NCBI GenBank assembly: GCA_016186955.1
Contig: JACPKP010000004.1
Coordinates: 142,563-206,562 of the forward strand
Length of the DNA: 64,000 nucleotides
Source of the DNA: Candidatus Daviesbacteria bacterium
Lineage (GTDB): Bacteria; Patescibacteriota; Microgenomatia; Daviesbacterales; UBA10151
Direction: 5' to 3'
Made by a program: the position numbers and the translations under genes. Position 1 is the stretch's first letter, and every line of letters starts with the position of its first letter. The notes beneath the pieces are model-generated. The model did no database searches. It saw only the letters and a program-made list of their open reading frames with translations, and was not told where the DNA came from. This document shows positions 16,749-27,502 of the stretch, piece by piece.

Positions 16749-17537
16749 ATGAAAAAAATTATTATTTTTTTGATAGTTATTTTACCCCTCATGATTTTTT
16801 TCATCATAAAAAGCAAACCCGCCCCGGCGCCTTCACCCGCTGCCCAACCTACCCTGAACAAAAACTCAAAACAGGTTAAATATCCCCAGGATTACACTTT
16901 AGTTTTAGTGGGGGATTCCATGACACAGATTTTAGGAAATTGTGATGAGCTTAAGGCGGATTTAAAAAAATACTACCCCAAAAAAAGCTTTGAGTGCTTA
17001 AATTACGGTTTTGGTTCAACAAATATTCTATCCCTTCAGGAACGTTTGGAAAAGGAAACATTCTTTGAGAGAAAATTCAGGCCGTTAACTGAGATTGATT
17101 TTGATGTGATACTGGTAGAGTCTTTTGGACACAACCCGCTTTCTAAATACCCCCTTGAGGAAGGCTTGAAGAAACAAACGGAGGCTTTACAGGAAGCTTT
17201 TACCACGCTGAAGAGAACAAACCCCAGGGCCAAAATACTCTTTATGGCAACTATTGCCCCAAGCATAAAAAAATACGGATTAGGGCAGGTCAACCTGAGC
17301 GCTGAAAAAAGAGGCGAGTGGGCCAGGGAGAGGGAGGCTTATATCAAAAACCATATTAATTTTGCCCAAACAAACAATATCCCGCTTATAAACATTTATC
17401 AGAAGTCCTTAAAAGATGGGGATTTAAATTTGGATCTTGTTTCCTCTTCTGATTATATTCACCCGTCCCCGACAGGGGTTTATTTTATTAGCCAGGAGAT
17501 AGCTGATTTTTTATACAACAATAAGATCCTAAGGTAA
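16749..17537 (+). CDS. SGNH/GDSL hydrolase, membrane-anchored
   Basis: VGDSMT, GHN, DYIHPS. Confidence 0.88.
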   Translation: MKKIIIFLIVILPLMIFFIIKSKPAPAPSPAAQPTLNKNSKQVKYPQDYTLVLVGDSMTQILGNCDELKADLKKYYPKKSFECLNYGFGSTNILSLQERLEKETFFERKFRPLTEIDFDVILVESFGHNPLSKYPLEEGLKKQTEALQEAFTTLKRTNPRAKILFMATIAPSIKKYGLGQVNLSAEKRGEWAREREAYIKNHINFAQTNNIPLINIYQKSLKDGDLNLDLVSSSDYIHPSPTGVYFISQEIADFLYNNKILR

Positions 17538-17632
17538 TACCCACCTCTTCGCTAATTTTAGTATATTATATATTCAGTTTTAATTCTATAGGGTGTTGAC
17601 AGAAGCTAAAATAAATGCTATAGTTAAATGCT

Positions 17633-18211
17633 ATGTTTCAGGAGTTAAAAATAGAAGGCTCTAATATTGCTGTTATCAAGAAAGTTCAATATATTCTTCA
17701 TACACCTGATGGCGTTTCAAAATATTGGCAAAGTGAAAAATACCAACCACATTATATAGAGAACGGAAAGCATTTAACCTTCGAGGAGGAAGAATTAAGA
17801 GATCAACAAATTGCTGATTTAGAAAAAACCGCCAAGATGAATGCTATTGGGATTAGAGGAATTTATCGTGTACAAGGAGATGTAATAGTTGCAAACCAGC
17901 CTGTAGCAGTTTCAAGCGCACCATTCTTAGAATCACAACCTATATATTTTGGAGATCGGGCTGAAATTTATACTTTTAACGGAAGAAGTTGGTCAAATGA
18001 TTTAGACGTTTGGAGTATGGTTGAAGCATGCATGGGTCTAAGTCAGGGTAGTTGGGTTAGAGAATCCCATTGTCGTACAGTTTTAGTCCATAATAATGGG
18101 GTATTAGCTCTAAATTCAGAAGACTATATCTGGTCACAAGGAGAACTTACCCAGGTATCAAATTTAGGAGCTTTACTAACCTCAATTATAATCAACCAAG
18201 TAAGAATTTAA
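17633..18211 (+). CDS. Hypothetical protein
   Basis: 192-aa ORF behind TTGACA-17-TATAGT. Confidence 0.65.
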   Translation: MFQELKIEGSNIAVIKKVQYILHTPDGVSKYWQSEKYQPHYIENGKHLTFEEEELRDQQIADLEKTAKMNAIGIRGIYRVQGDVIVANQPVAVSSAPFLESQPIYFGDRAEIYTFNGRSWSNDLDVWSMVEACMGLSQGSWVRESHCRTVLVHNNGVLALNSEDYIWSQGELTQVSNLGALLTSIIINQVRI

Positions 18212-18332
18212 ATTCTAAGAAACTTTAAATACCACTAGTATTTTATTAACACATCACTCCTAACATGCTCCAGGAAAAGATAGAAGAGGTAAAAGAAAAG
18301 CAAGCTCCCTCAGGGTAGAATAGCTGACTACT

Positions 18333-19457
18333 TCAAAACGGCTTGTAACTACTATGAAAATATTCATTAAATGGAATATCGGATACTGAGTATCGTGGTT
18401 GATATACCTCTTCTATAACTTTTAACGGAAGAAAGTCTATATAGGAGGATCCCATGGCGATACATTCATAGAAATGACTGTAAAGATTAATATATTCTGT
18501 GGTCATGTTTTGTAAAAGTATTTTATTTGGCTGCCCATAAACCAGTTTTCTTGCTTTAAGGTTATCCTGGTAAACCTGTTCCTTAATAATGTCAGCAGTA
18601 AAAACTTTTCCATTAACTGTTCTAAAAGTAAAAAGCTTGACATCATTTGGTTCCTAACGAAACCATTCCTGCATAAAACGTCCCTGGCCGTATCTCCCAA
18701 AGCAGAATTGAATATCTACTCTGGATTCGTAATGAAATTTATTCAGATTAACTTGTCTAATTTCACCGTTCGCTTGTAACCGCTTAACCACACCCGATCT
18801 TGGCCGGGTCCGTTGAACTGAAATTATCTTGATCTCACCGGGGATTAGCCGGTTAATAATGGAACAAGCATTATAACCGCTGTCCCGAAATGCACCACCA
18901 TCTGAAAAAACTCCCTGATATGGTTTTGGGTGCCAGTCTAAAACGTTCTCCCCGTAAACGATATCTATACCAACAATCTCCTCACCAGACAATAACTGTA
19001 ATAAACCATTAACTGTGGAATTAAATGCAGAATGCTCTGCCGTAAATAGAGAAACATTCATTTTCAGGGCTAAATTTGTCAGATCCCTTAACTCTTGTTC
19101 TGTCTGTGTTGGCGGTTTCTCAAGTAATACATGTTTACCGGCCCCAAGTGCTGCTTTAGCTAGCGAAAAGTGTGTCTGTGGAGGTGTAGCCAGCACTACT
19201 GCTTCGATATTTGAATCTTCCAGCAGGTCGTCAATTTTAGATAGTAACTTAATATGCCCCATTTTTTCTAAAAGAGATAACCGTTTGGGGTCTGAGTCAA
19301 CAACGGCAACAATATTAAATAAATTTGGGTGGGAAGTAATAGCAGACAGATGAGTGGGTCCAATCATACCATAGCCAACCAAGCCAATTGATATCCTTGG
19401 GGTGGCATAACTTCTTCTGGCAGAGGTTTGCTTTATTGACATATCCTGCCCCATCAT
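18333..19457 (-). pseudogene. Gfo/Idh/MocA oxidoreductase interrupted by one in-frame TAG
   Basis: GLVGYGMIG and LLEKPP. After TAG 18656-18654 the same frame stays open for 106 codons (EYINLYSHF...PLKVIEEVY) to TGA 18335-18333. Confidence 0.8.
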
Positions 19458-19519
19458 CAGATGAGGATTATATAGATTACAAAGCGGAAAGTAAACTTAA
19501 CAAAAATTATTGTTGAATC

Positions 19520-20065
19520 TCAATCCCTATACTCTGCCTTGACCCTGCTTCCGTATTTTTCCAAAAGCTTGTGGATTTTGGGGCTGATTATAAAATCACA
19601 ATACGGGGCGCTTTTATTTTTATCATAATAATTTTTATGGTAATCTTCGGCTGTATAAAAATTTTTAAAGGGAATAATCTCCGTAACTATTGGGTCTTTA
19701 TAAACACCTGTGTGTGTAAATCTCTCTTTAGATTTTAGGGCTATCTCCTGCTGTTTTCGGTTGTGGTAAAAGATCACCGAACGGTATTGGGATCCAAAAT
19801 CATCTCCCTGGCGGTTTATTGTAGTAGGGTTGTGGGTATCCCAAAAAATATCCAATATCTTTTCAAAAGGGATTTTTGAAGGATCAAATTCTATTTGGAT
19901 AGCTTCAGCATGACCTGTTTCCCCCGAACAAACCTGCTCATAGGTTGGATTGGTAACTGCCCCTCCTGAATACCCAGGTGTTACAGACAAAACTCCTTTA
20001 AGCCTTTTAAAGATGGCCTCCGTACACCAAAAACACCCTCCTGCCAATGTTGCTGTCTCATTCAT
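19520..20065 (-). CDS. msrA: Peptide methionine-S-sulfoxide reductase
   Basis: AGGCFWC, TGHAE, AEDYH. Confidence 0.95.
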   Translation of the reverse strand: MNETATLAGGCFWCTEAIFKRLKGVLSVTPGYSGGAVTNPTYEQVCSGETGHAEAIQIEFDPSKIPFEKILDIFWDTHNPTTINRQGDDFGSQYRSVIFYHNRKQQEIALKSKERFTHTGVYKDPIVTEIIPFKNFYTAEDYHKNYYDKNKSAPYCDFIISPKIHKLLEKYGSRVKAEYRD

Positions 20066-21129
20066 CGGTTGTGTAAATTTGAAAAAAAGCTTTCAATCTT
20101 GGCGAATACATACCCTATGGCCAGAAATAATCCCAGGTAAAGCATAGTGGCTAAAGATGCAGGCAGATATTTGTAAAAAATATCATATCTTGAAAGTATG
20201 GGCCAATGGATAAGGTAAATAATATAAGAAAAGCTGCCAAAATAGGTAAAAAGCCGGAACTCAACATTTTTAAGCATAAAGACAAAGATGATAGAAAACA
20301 TGGTGATAAGGCTGATTGTTTGCTCGGTATTTTTATCAAGCCCCACCCCGGAGTTGATAGAAGTATAAGCTGCGGTTATCAAAAATACGGTAAGAAGAAA
20401 AAATTTTAAGTAGGTTTTTTGAGATAGTTTTGAAAGGTCCGGTGTCAGAAGCGCAAACATTAAACCAAGCGGAAAAGACAATGAATGTATTTTGTAAAGG
20501 CTCAAAACACCAGGGTTTAAAGACAGGGGTAAATTCATTACAAAATAGCTTAAGGCTAATATAACTACAGGGCAAAGATAGGGGAATTTTCTCCAAAATG
20601 TTAAGGGAAAAATTAGGTAATAGAAAAAAATTAAGGAGAAGTACCAAAGCGGGGAATTTAAACTTTGCCAGATATCGGCCTTTGGATAAAAACCCAGATA
20701 GCTTTGGATTATTTCATAAAAGGGATAAGCCCTGTTTAAAAATAGCAGATCTGCCAAAAAGAGAGAAGTCAGGACAAACCATAGAGGGATAAAAAGTCTT
20801 TTCAATCTCTTTTTATAAAATTCCAAAACGGAAGTATCTGAACGCAGGGCAGAGGAAGCCAGGCCAAATCCTGACCAAAATAGAAACAGGTTGACTCCAA
20901 CTCCGGCCAAAATAGAAAATGGATAAAGGAACCTATGATCAGCCGATAAAAAATACCCGATATGTGAAAAGATAATCGCTAAAATGGCAAAGCCTTTTAA
21001 CTCCCGGGTTAATTCTGAAGAAAAAAAGGGTATATTTTTAAGCTTTCTGGCAGTGAGTATTAAACAGACTAAAAACAATACACCAAATATTAAAGTTTGT
21101 CCGGATGGGTCGCCAACTTTAATTTGCAT
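20062..21129 (-). CDS. Acyltransferase_3 family membrane protein
   Basis: LKGFAILAIIFSH, GVNLFLFWSGFG, KRLKRL, SYIIYLIH. Confidence 0.88.
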   Translation of the reverse strand: MQIKVGDPSGQTLIFGVLFLVCLILTARKLKNIPFFSSELTRELKGFAILAIIFSHIGYFLSADHRFLYPFSILAGVGVNLFLFWSGFGLASSALRSDTSVLEFYKKRLKRLFIPLWFVLTSLFLADLLFLNRAYPFYEIIQSYLGFYPKADIWQSLNSPLWYFSLIFFYYLIFPLTFWRKFPYLCPVVILALSYFVMNLPLSLNPGVLSLYKIHSLSFPLGLMFALLTPDLSKLSQKTYLKFFLLTVFLITAAYTSINSGVGLDKNTEQTISLITMFSIIFVFMLKNVEFRLFTYFGSFSYIIYLIHWPILSRYDIFYKYLPASLATMLYLGLFLAIGYVFAKIESFFSNLHNR

Positions 21130-21850
21130 TTATAATTTTTCCCCAAAGCAGATACCCTTCTTTTGAAGGGTGGAATTGATCTTCCGAGTATAAATTGCTG
21201 GCTTTTTTAAATAACTCCGCTGTCTGTTTATACAGGTCAACATGCCTTATATCCTTATCTTTGACCTCCTTTTTAATAACATCATTAAACAGTTTTGTCT
21301 TGGAATCTAAAAGTGCATTATAGGGCGGCAGCAGTATGCGATCAGAACCTAGATAGGGGATATTAATTACAATTATTTTAGCACGGGTTCGGGCAGTCAA
21401 CAGGCTTATAATTTTTGAGTAATCCTTTCTAAAGCTGTCCGGTGGAACTAAATTATGTATATCATTTATTCCAATAAGTAAAGTAATAAAATCAGGCTTT
21501 TCCAAAATAGCCCGGGGAACCTGTTCATTTAAAACTTGTTTTACTCCTACACCGGATAGAGCCAGGTTTACTACCTCAACCCTAACTCCGGTTTTTACCA
21601 AATTAGTGCCTACCAAAAAAGGGAGCGAATCCTGATAATTTTGGGTTCCAGCACCAGCTGTCAAACTATCGCCCAACGCCACATATTTTATAACCTGTGT
21701 GGTTGTCGGGTCCCCCAGTATTAACATCTTTGGGTAAGCAGGTGGGAAAATTTTGTGGCTGCCAATAAAATCATAAAAATAAACGTAGGACCTGTTCAAG
21801 TATACTACGACTATCAAAACTAATGACAGAAGCAAAGTTTTTCTGCCCAC
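21119..21850 (-). CDS. SGNH/GDSL hydrolase
   Basis: LGDSLT, GIND, DQFHPS. Confidence 0.9.
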   Translation of the reverse strand: MGRKTLLLSLVLIVVVYLNRSYVYFYDFIGSHKIFPPAYPKMLILGDPTTTQVIKYVALGDSLTAGAGTQNYQDSLPFLVGTNLVKTGVRVEVVNLALSGVGVKQVLNEQVPRAILEKPDFITLLIGINDIHNLVPPDSFRKDYSKIISLLTARTRAKIIVINIPYLGSDRILLPPYNALLDSKTKLFNDVIKKEVKDKDIRHVDLYKQTAELFKKASNLYSEDQFHPSKEGYLLWGKIINAN

Positions 21851-21912
21851 AGTATTAGTATAACAGAGTTGGTTATTGATTCCTGAGGTAGACTCGGTTA
21901 ATAATTAAATTA

Positions 21913-22977
21913 ATGCCCAAAAATGCTTCTGCTTTTGCAACTTTACCGTTAATCTTTGTTGTGATAATTTTAGGTTTAATATTGGCAGGCTTCCTGCTAA
22001 TTAAAGCTGGGAGGAATGCAGACCTATCTCAAAGGGTAGGGAAACCAGTTCCCAAAAAAATAGGTGTTATCCAGCATGTAAAAACCCTTGACCCTGTTTA
22101 CCAGGGCTTTAAGGAGGGTATGTCCAAACTGGGTTATACGGAAGGGGATAATGTATTGTTTGAATATATCGATGACGGTGGAGACATTTCAAAGGTAAGG
22201 GGGATAACCAGGGATTTTATAAACAAAAAGGTGGATTTAATCCTGGTGATTACAACCCAGGCTTTGGAGCAAACATTAAAAGAGAGCACTGCATCAGGTA
22301 ATGCTGCTGTACCAATCGTTTTTACAAACGGCAGCACTGCCATCCAGCAGGGGCTTGTTAAAAGTTTTAAGTCATCCGGAAATAATTCAACCGGCATTAT
22401 ACCTGACGACACTAAAGTAAGCGCAAAGAAGCTTGATTTCCTAAAGGATATCAACCCGGGCGCAAAAAAAGTCCTGATTTTTACCTCTCCAGGCGCTGTT
22501 GCAGGAGAGATTTCCGCACAATCTGCCAGAGAGGGCGCAAAAAAATTGGGTATAACTATCGTTGAGTATAAATTTAAGAATAAACCCGGACCATTATCAA
22601 CCCAGGAGCTTAAGGATTATATCAGCACACTGAAACCAGGTGATATTGATGCTATTATGACCATGCCCGAACCGGTTGTCAATAGCGCCCCGGAAAACCT
22701 GAAGATGCTTTTAGACCTGTCAAAAAGGCTCAAAGTCCCAACATTTTTTGTCAACTTGGGCCAAGGGGGGTTAATAGGCTATAACCTGGACCTTACGGAT
22801 AGCGGAAAACAGGCGGCTGAGATGGCTGATAAGATATTGAAGGGCGCTAAACCTGCAGATATTCCGCTGGGTTATTCAAGAAAGAACTATTTAGAAGTCA
22901 ATTTAAAACTGGCAAAAGAGCTGGGTATTACTATTCCTGATTCAATAATTGCGATCGCCGACAGAAAGATTGAATAA
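21913..22977 (+). CDS. ABC-type substrate-binding protein (ABC_sub_bind-like), paralog 1
   Basis: N-terminal TM; PIVF, GNNSTG, KILKGAKPADIP...VNLKLAKELGITIP. Confidence 0.85.
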   Translation: MPKNASAFATLPLIFVVIILGLILAGFLLIKAGRNADLSQRVGKPVPKKIGVIQHVKTLDPVYQGFKEGMSKLGYTEGDNVLFEYIDDGGDISKVRGITRDFINKKVDLILVITTQALEQTLKESTASGNAAVPIVFTNGSTAIQQGLVKSFKSSGNNSTGIIPDDTKVSAKKLDFLKDINPGAKKVLIFTSPGAVAGEISAQSAREGAKKLGITIVEYKFKNKPGPLSTQELKDYISTLKPGDIDAIMTMPEPVVNSAPENLKMLLDLSKRLKVPTFFVNLGQGGLIGYNLDLTDSGKQAAEMADKILKGAKPADIPLGYSRKNYLEVNLKLAKELGITIPDSIIAIADRKIE

Positions 22978-23028
22978 TCACTTGACATTACCAGGGGGTT
23001 ATTGCTACCTTAAAATGAGGGACATCTG

Positions 23029-24099
23029 ATGAAACTGCCTAAATTATCATCATTAGGATTTACTCCAACATTTTTAATTATTGGAGTAGCGGCATTGGTT
23101 GTTTTGGCAGGAAGTTTCTTTATCTATCAATCCAGCCGGAACCGACAGGTTGTTATTCCTCAAGAGATAAAACAGCCTAAAAAAATAGGGATTTTGCAGC
23201 ACATCAAAACTTTGGATAAAGTCATTGACGGCTTCAAAATAAAGATGACTGAATTGGGCTATGTTGAAGGCAAAGATATTGTTTATGACTACCAAACCAC
23301 TGGGGGAGACCCCTCAAAGGCAGCCGGAATAGCCAAAGAGTTTGTCAACAAAAAAGTAGATATGATCCTGGCGATAACCAGTCCGGCTCTTGGGCCGGCC
23401 ATAAAAGAGACAAGTGCATCTGCAAAACCAATCCCAATTGTATTTACAAATGCAATAAATCCCGTTGAAGCGAAGTTTATTAAAAGCTATAAATCCTCAG
23501 GAAATAATGCGACCGGAATTATACCTGATGCTGTGGCGTTAAGTTCAAAACAGGTTGAGTTTTTTAACAAAATCAGCCCAAAGTCTAAAAGGATAGGGAT
23601 GTTTTCATCCCATATATCACCTTATGCCAATGCCTCAATTGATGCGGTCAGAAAAAACGCCGAAAAATTCGGTATCACTGTCCTGGATTATGAATTTAAG
23701 AAATTACCGGGGCCTGCTTCACTGCAGGAGATCCAGGCTATAGCAGATAGTATCAAACCCGGGGATATTGATGCAATTATGACAGTTTCTGACCCGATTG
23801 CAACAGCCCAACCAAAAGTTTTTCCTATTTTGAACAATCTCGGAAAAAGACTAAAAATACCTACCCTTTATTTGAATACCGGCACAGAAGGATTAATCAC
23901 CTACAATGCTGACTATATCGAAACAGGTAAATCAGCCGCTGTTATGGCTGACAAGATATTCAAAGGGACTAACCCGGCAGATATACCTATTGAATATAAC
24001 AAGAGGAATTATTTAGAAGTTAACTTAAAACTGGCAAAAGAGCTGGGTATTACCATCCCTGACACAATAATTGCGATCGCCGACAGAAAGATTGAATAA
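23029..24099 (+). CDS. ABC-type substrate-binding protein, paralog 2
   Basis: Same motifs; tandem paralog. Confidence 0.85.
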   Translation: MKLPKLSSLGFTPTFLIIGVAALVVLAGSFFIYQSSRNRQVVIPQEIKQPKKIGILQHIKTLDKVIDGFKIKMTELGYVEGKDIVYDYQTTGGDPSKAAGIAKEFVNKKVDMILAITSPALGPAIKETSASAKPIPIVFTNAINPVEAKFIKSYKSSGNNATGIIPDAVALSSKQVEFFNKISPKSKRIGMFSSHISPYANASIDAVRKNAEKFGITVLDYEFKKLPGPASLQEIQAIADSIKPGDIDAIMTVSDPIATAQPKVFPILNNLGKRLKIPTLYLNTGTEGLITYNADYIETGKSAAVMADKIFKGTNPADIPIEYNKRNYLEVNLKLAKELGITIPDTIIAIADRKIE

Positions 24100-24158
24100 T
24101 CCGCAGATTTTAAAAAACTACTTTTTGCTAATACCCAAAGATTTAGTATGATCAATAT

Positions 24159-26387
24159 ATGAGAAGCCTTATTTTAATGCTTTTTAGGGGCAGGCTCCGT
24201 TTTAAACTGACCGCTTTGGTAGTGAGTATGGTTCTGATACCCCTTTTTACGGTAATGTCGATAACTATATATTACCTGCGTAGTTTAGAAACCAGCAACG
24301 CCTACAACATAGAAAAGAACATAGCTAAGGCTGCATCAAAAGAGATCGCCGGGTTTGTTGAGGTTCAGTTTGGAGTCCTTGAAAACTTGGCAACTATTTA
24401 TCCCGGACTGACAGAGGATAAGGAAAAGGCAGACCTACTGGAGCGTATCCTGTTTAAAAACAGTAATTTTACTGATATCAGCATTGTGGATAGTTTAGGC
24501 CGGGAAAAACAGAGGAAAAACATCTTGCAAGTTATCGGCAAAGATGATTTAACAGACAGGTCTCTGACCCCCGAGTTTAAATCTGTTCAGGATTACGGGT
24601 ATTATTTCGGGCCTTCATACCTGGTTGAAGGCCGTCCGTTTTTTTTAATCGGCAGAAGGATTTCCGGATTGGACGATTCATTCCAGGGCGCCGTATTTGC
24701 CATAGTTGACGCCAGGGCGATGCAGAGTATTATCATGCAGGTTTCATCAGTGCCGGAAGAAGGCAGGGTTTATGTTGTAGACGGGAAAGGAGTGGTAGTA
24801 GCCCACCCAGACATCTCCCAAGTCTTAGACCAAAGGGATTTTTCCCAGACCCCTTCAGTAAAATTTCTGGTCCTCAAAGACACTAAAATTGATCCAACGC
24901 AGATTTATACCAATGAACTGAAAAAGGACGTTTTAGGGGCAGGCGATGAAATCATCCTATCCTTGGGAGATAAGTTTGATAAAAAACTGGATACTTCGTG
25001 GATTGTCATTGCTGAGGAACCAGCATCCCTTGCCTTGGCTTTTGTATTCAGTATAACCGAGTTTACGGTTGTCACTTTATTTTTGATATTTTTAATATCA
25101 ATCGTAGTAACGCTTATATTTACCCACAGGATTGTCAAACCGATAGAGCAGCTTCACGAGGCCTCAAAGGAATTTGGATTGGGGTATCTTGACTACAGAT
25201 TAAATATACATACCAATGATGAGATAGAGGATCTGGCCGGCGGATTTAATTCAATGGCGGAGAGTTTAAAAACTTCTATAAATACCCTCCGGCAAGACCG
25301 GGAGCTGATAGCTGCAGAGAGGAATAAATTGGCAATTACACTCTCAGGAATCAAAGATGGAGTTATTGCCCTTGATACAGATAGAAACATCATGACTTTC
25401 AATAAGGCTTCTGAGGAGTTGACAGGATACAACTTTAGCGAAGTCCAAAGTAAGAGAATAGGCGAGGTTTTAAAGCTCTATGACCTAAATGGTGAGATAC
25501 ATGAATTGGCATATTGTCCGGTGACAACTGAAGGTTTTGAGGGAATAACATATAACAGTCAGGATATAAAAATTGTGGGAAAGAACAATAAAACGGCTGT
25601 TGTCAGTTTAATCTCAGGACAGATCAAGGAAGGGGCAAGCGTAAATTTAGGCTGTATTATCACACTCCATGATGTCACAAAAGAAAGAGAGCTTGAGAAA
25701 ATGAAGCTGGATTTTGTTTCCATGGCTGCACATGAACTTAGAACTCCGCTTACATCGATCAGGAATTATCTATGGGCTATAATGCACAAGTACAAACATA
25801 TCTTCGAAGGCGAGGCGTTAACTTATATAAACCGTATTGATATATCCACCCAACAGCTTTACTCATTGGTTGAAAACCTGCTTAATGTCTCAGGTATTGA
25901 AAGGGGGGCAATTGCGGTAAATTTAGAGTCTGTGGACTGGCCAGGTTATGTAAAAAAAATCGTTGAAGAAATGTCTGCTGCCGCAAGGGAAAAACAGATC
26001 TCATTGACTTATATCGAACCGCTTACCAAACTTCCTTCTGTAAAGGCGGACCGGCTGAGAATACGTGAAGTTGTTGCAAACCTTTTATCTAATGCAATAA
26101 ATTTTACAGAAATGGGAGGCAAGATCAATGTGTGGCTTGAGCAAAAAGAGGAGGAGGTGGTTACTCATATACTGGATACCGGAAAAGGCATACCGCAAGA
26201 GGATATACCAAACCTGTTTACCAAATTTTTCCGGATTACAGGCAGGCTTCAGATGGGAAGCAAGGGCACGGGCTTAGGGCTGTACATCTCAAAGTCAATT
26301 GTGCAGCTGCATGGAGGGAAGATCTGGGTTGATTCAACTGTAGGCAAGGGTTCTGTTTTTAGCTTCTCTTTACCTGTCTATCAATAG
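24159..26387 (+). CDS. Sensor histidine kinase (Cache-like, HAMP, PAS, HisKA, HATPase)
   Basis: Two TMs; AHELRTPLT; NLLSNA, DTGKGI, GTGLGL. Confidence 0.93.
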   Translation: MRSLILMLFRGRLRFKLTALVVSMVLIPLFTVMSITIYYLRSLETSNAYNIEKNIAKAASKEIAGFVEVQFGVLENLATIYPGLTEDKEKADLLERILFKNSNFTDISIVDSLGREKQRKNILQVIGKDDLTDRSLTPEFKSVQDYGYYFGPSYLVEGRPFFLIGRRISGLDDSFQGAVFAIVDARAMQSIIMQVSSVPEEGRVYVVDGKGVVVAHPDISQVLDQRDFSQTPSVKFLVLKDTKIDPTQIYTNELKKDVLGAGDEIILSLGDKFDKKLDTSWIVIAEEPASLALAFVFSITEFTVVTLFLIFLISIVVTLIFTHRIVKPIEQLHEASKEFGLGYLDYRLNIHTNDEIEDLAGGFNSMAESLKTSINTLRQDRELIAAERNKLAITLSGIKDGVIALDTDRNIMTFNKASEELTGYNFSEVQSKRIGEVLKLYDLNGEIHELAYCPVTTEGFEGITYNSQDIKIVGKNNKTAVVSLISGQIKEGASVNLGCIITLHDVTKERELEKMKLDFVSMAAHELRTPLTSIRNYLWAIMHKYKHIFEGEALTYINRIDISTQQLYSLVENLLNVSGIERGAIAVNLESVDWPGYVKKIVEEMSAAAREKQISLTYIEPLTKLPSVKADRLRIREVVANLLSNAINFTEMGGKINVWLEQKEEEVVTHILDTGKGIPQEDIPNLFTKFFRITGRLQMGSKGTGLGLYISKSIVQLHGGKIWVDSTVGKGSVFSFSLPVYQ

Positions 26388-27025
26388 GTTTTTTTAAGCT
26401 CTTCATCAATCTTGTTTTTGAACGTATCATAGTTTGGCACACCTTCAATTTTTTGTCCGCCAATAAAAAATGTCGGGGTTGAATTTACTCCCAGTGCGCT
26501 TCCGTCATTTTGGTCTTGGTTGATTATGTCAGAGTATTTATTGGCTTTAACCTCCTGTTCAAACCGGGTAAGGTCTAAGCCAAGATCCTTTCCGTAACCC
26601 ATAAACAGATCAAAGACCTGCTTATCCTCTGACCATACGCCCTGGTTTATGTATAATTTGTTATGCATCTCCCAAAATTTACCCTGGGCCGCAGCAGCTT
26701 CTGCCGCCTCTGCTGCTGTCAGCGCATTTTGATGCTGGGGAAGGGGAAAATTCCTGAACACAAAATTTATCCTTCCAGAGTAATCTTGAAGTATTCTTTC
26801 CACCACAGGGTAGGCCAACCCGCAAGCCGGGCACTGGTAGTCGCCGAATTCAACCACAGTAATTTTGGCCGAATCAGAAGCAATCTTATGGCTGTTGCTT
26901 TTAACCAGAATATTTGTGTCAGCAGTCGGAGCCGGCGGGTTTTTGCTAAACATAAAAACAGCGCCTGCTAATATGGCTATTGTTGCTACACCTATTCCCA
27001 GCAGCACTTTCGCTTCCTGTGTCAT
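26381..27025 (-). CDS. dsbA: DsbA/BdbD-like disulfide oxidoreductase
   Basis: EFGDYQCPAC and GVNSTPTF. Confidence 0.88.
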   Translation of the reverse strand: MTQEAKVLLGIGVATIAILAGAVFMFSKNPPAPTADTNILVKSNSHKIASDSAKITVVEFGDYQCPACGLAYPVVERILQDYSGRINFVFRNFPLPQHQNALTAAEAAEAAAAQGKFWEMHNKLYINQGVWSEDKQVFDLFMGYGKDLGLDLTRFEQEVKANKYSDIINQDQNDGSALGVNSTPTFFIGGQKIEGVPNYDTFKNKIDEELKKTY

Positions 27026-27444
27026 TTGTGGCTATTATATCTTTTGTAAACTAACATGCAAACACTGATCAATGTAAAGGCTGAAAAAGAAAGAAACGGT
27101 ATGGTAACAAATCCCAACCATTCAAAAAACTTCGTGGTGCAGGAGATACCAGCAGCACAAGGGGCGGCAGATTCAGGCAACACCTGGTAGTACAAAAGGT
27201 TATGGTACAAAGCGGTCAGCATTCCGGTAATACTTAGCGGCAAGGCGTACAAATATACTTTTTTATCCTTTGTTAAAATACCTACTGCTAAAATTACCAC
27301 CAAAGGATACATAAATATCCTTTGGTACCAGCATAAGACGCAGGGCGGGAAACGGACTATCTCACTGAAAAAAAGACTGCCAAAAGTTGCGGAAAGCGCC
27401 AGCGCCCATGCAAAATATAAAGTATATTTTTTCAAAATGCCCAT
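27022..27444 (-). CDS. dsbB: DsbB/BdbC-like disulfide bond formation protein
   Basis: PCVLCWYQRIFMYP; second Cys pair; TIPFLS. Confidence 0.9.
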   Translation of the reverse strand: MGILKKYTLYFAWALALSATFGSLFFSEIVRFPPCVLCWYQRIFMYPLVVILAVGILTKDKKVYLYALPLSITGMLTALYHNLLYYQVLPESAAPCAAGISCTTKFFEWLGFVTIPFLSFSAFTLISVCMLVYKRYNSHK

Positions 27445-27502
27445 AATACCGAAATTTATTATATTGCATTTGGAGCAATTTTACTATAAATTTTTATCTG
27501 TA

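Noticed and set aside
18654-18656. Genome-wide stop-codon recoding
   Set aside because: TAG and TGA terminate well-conserved genes here (glmS, msrA, purF) at the expected lengths.
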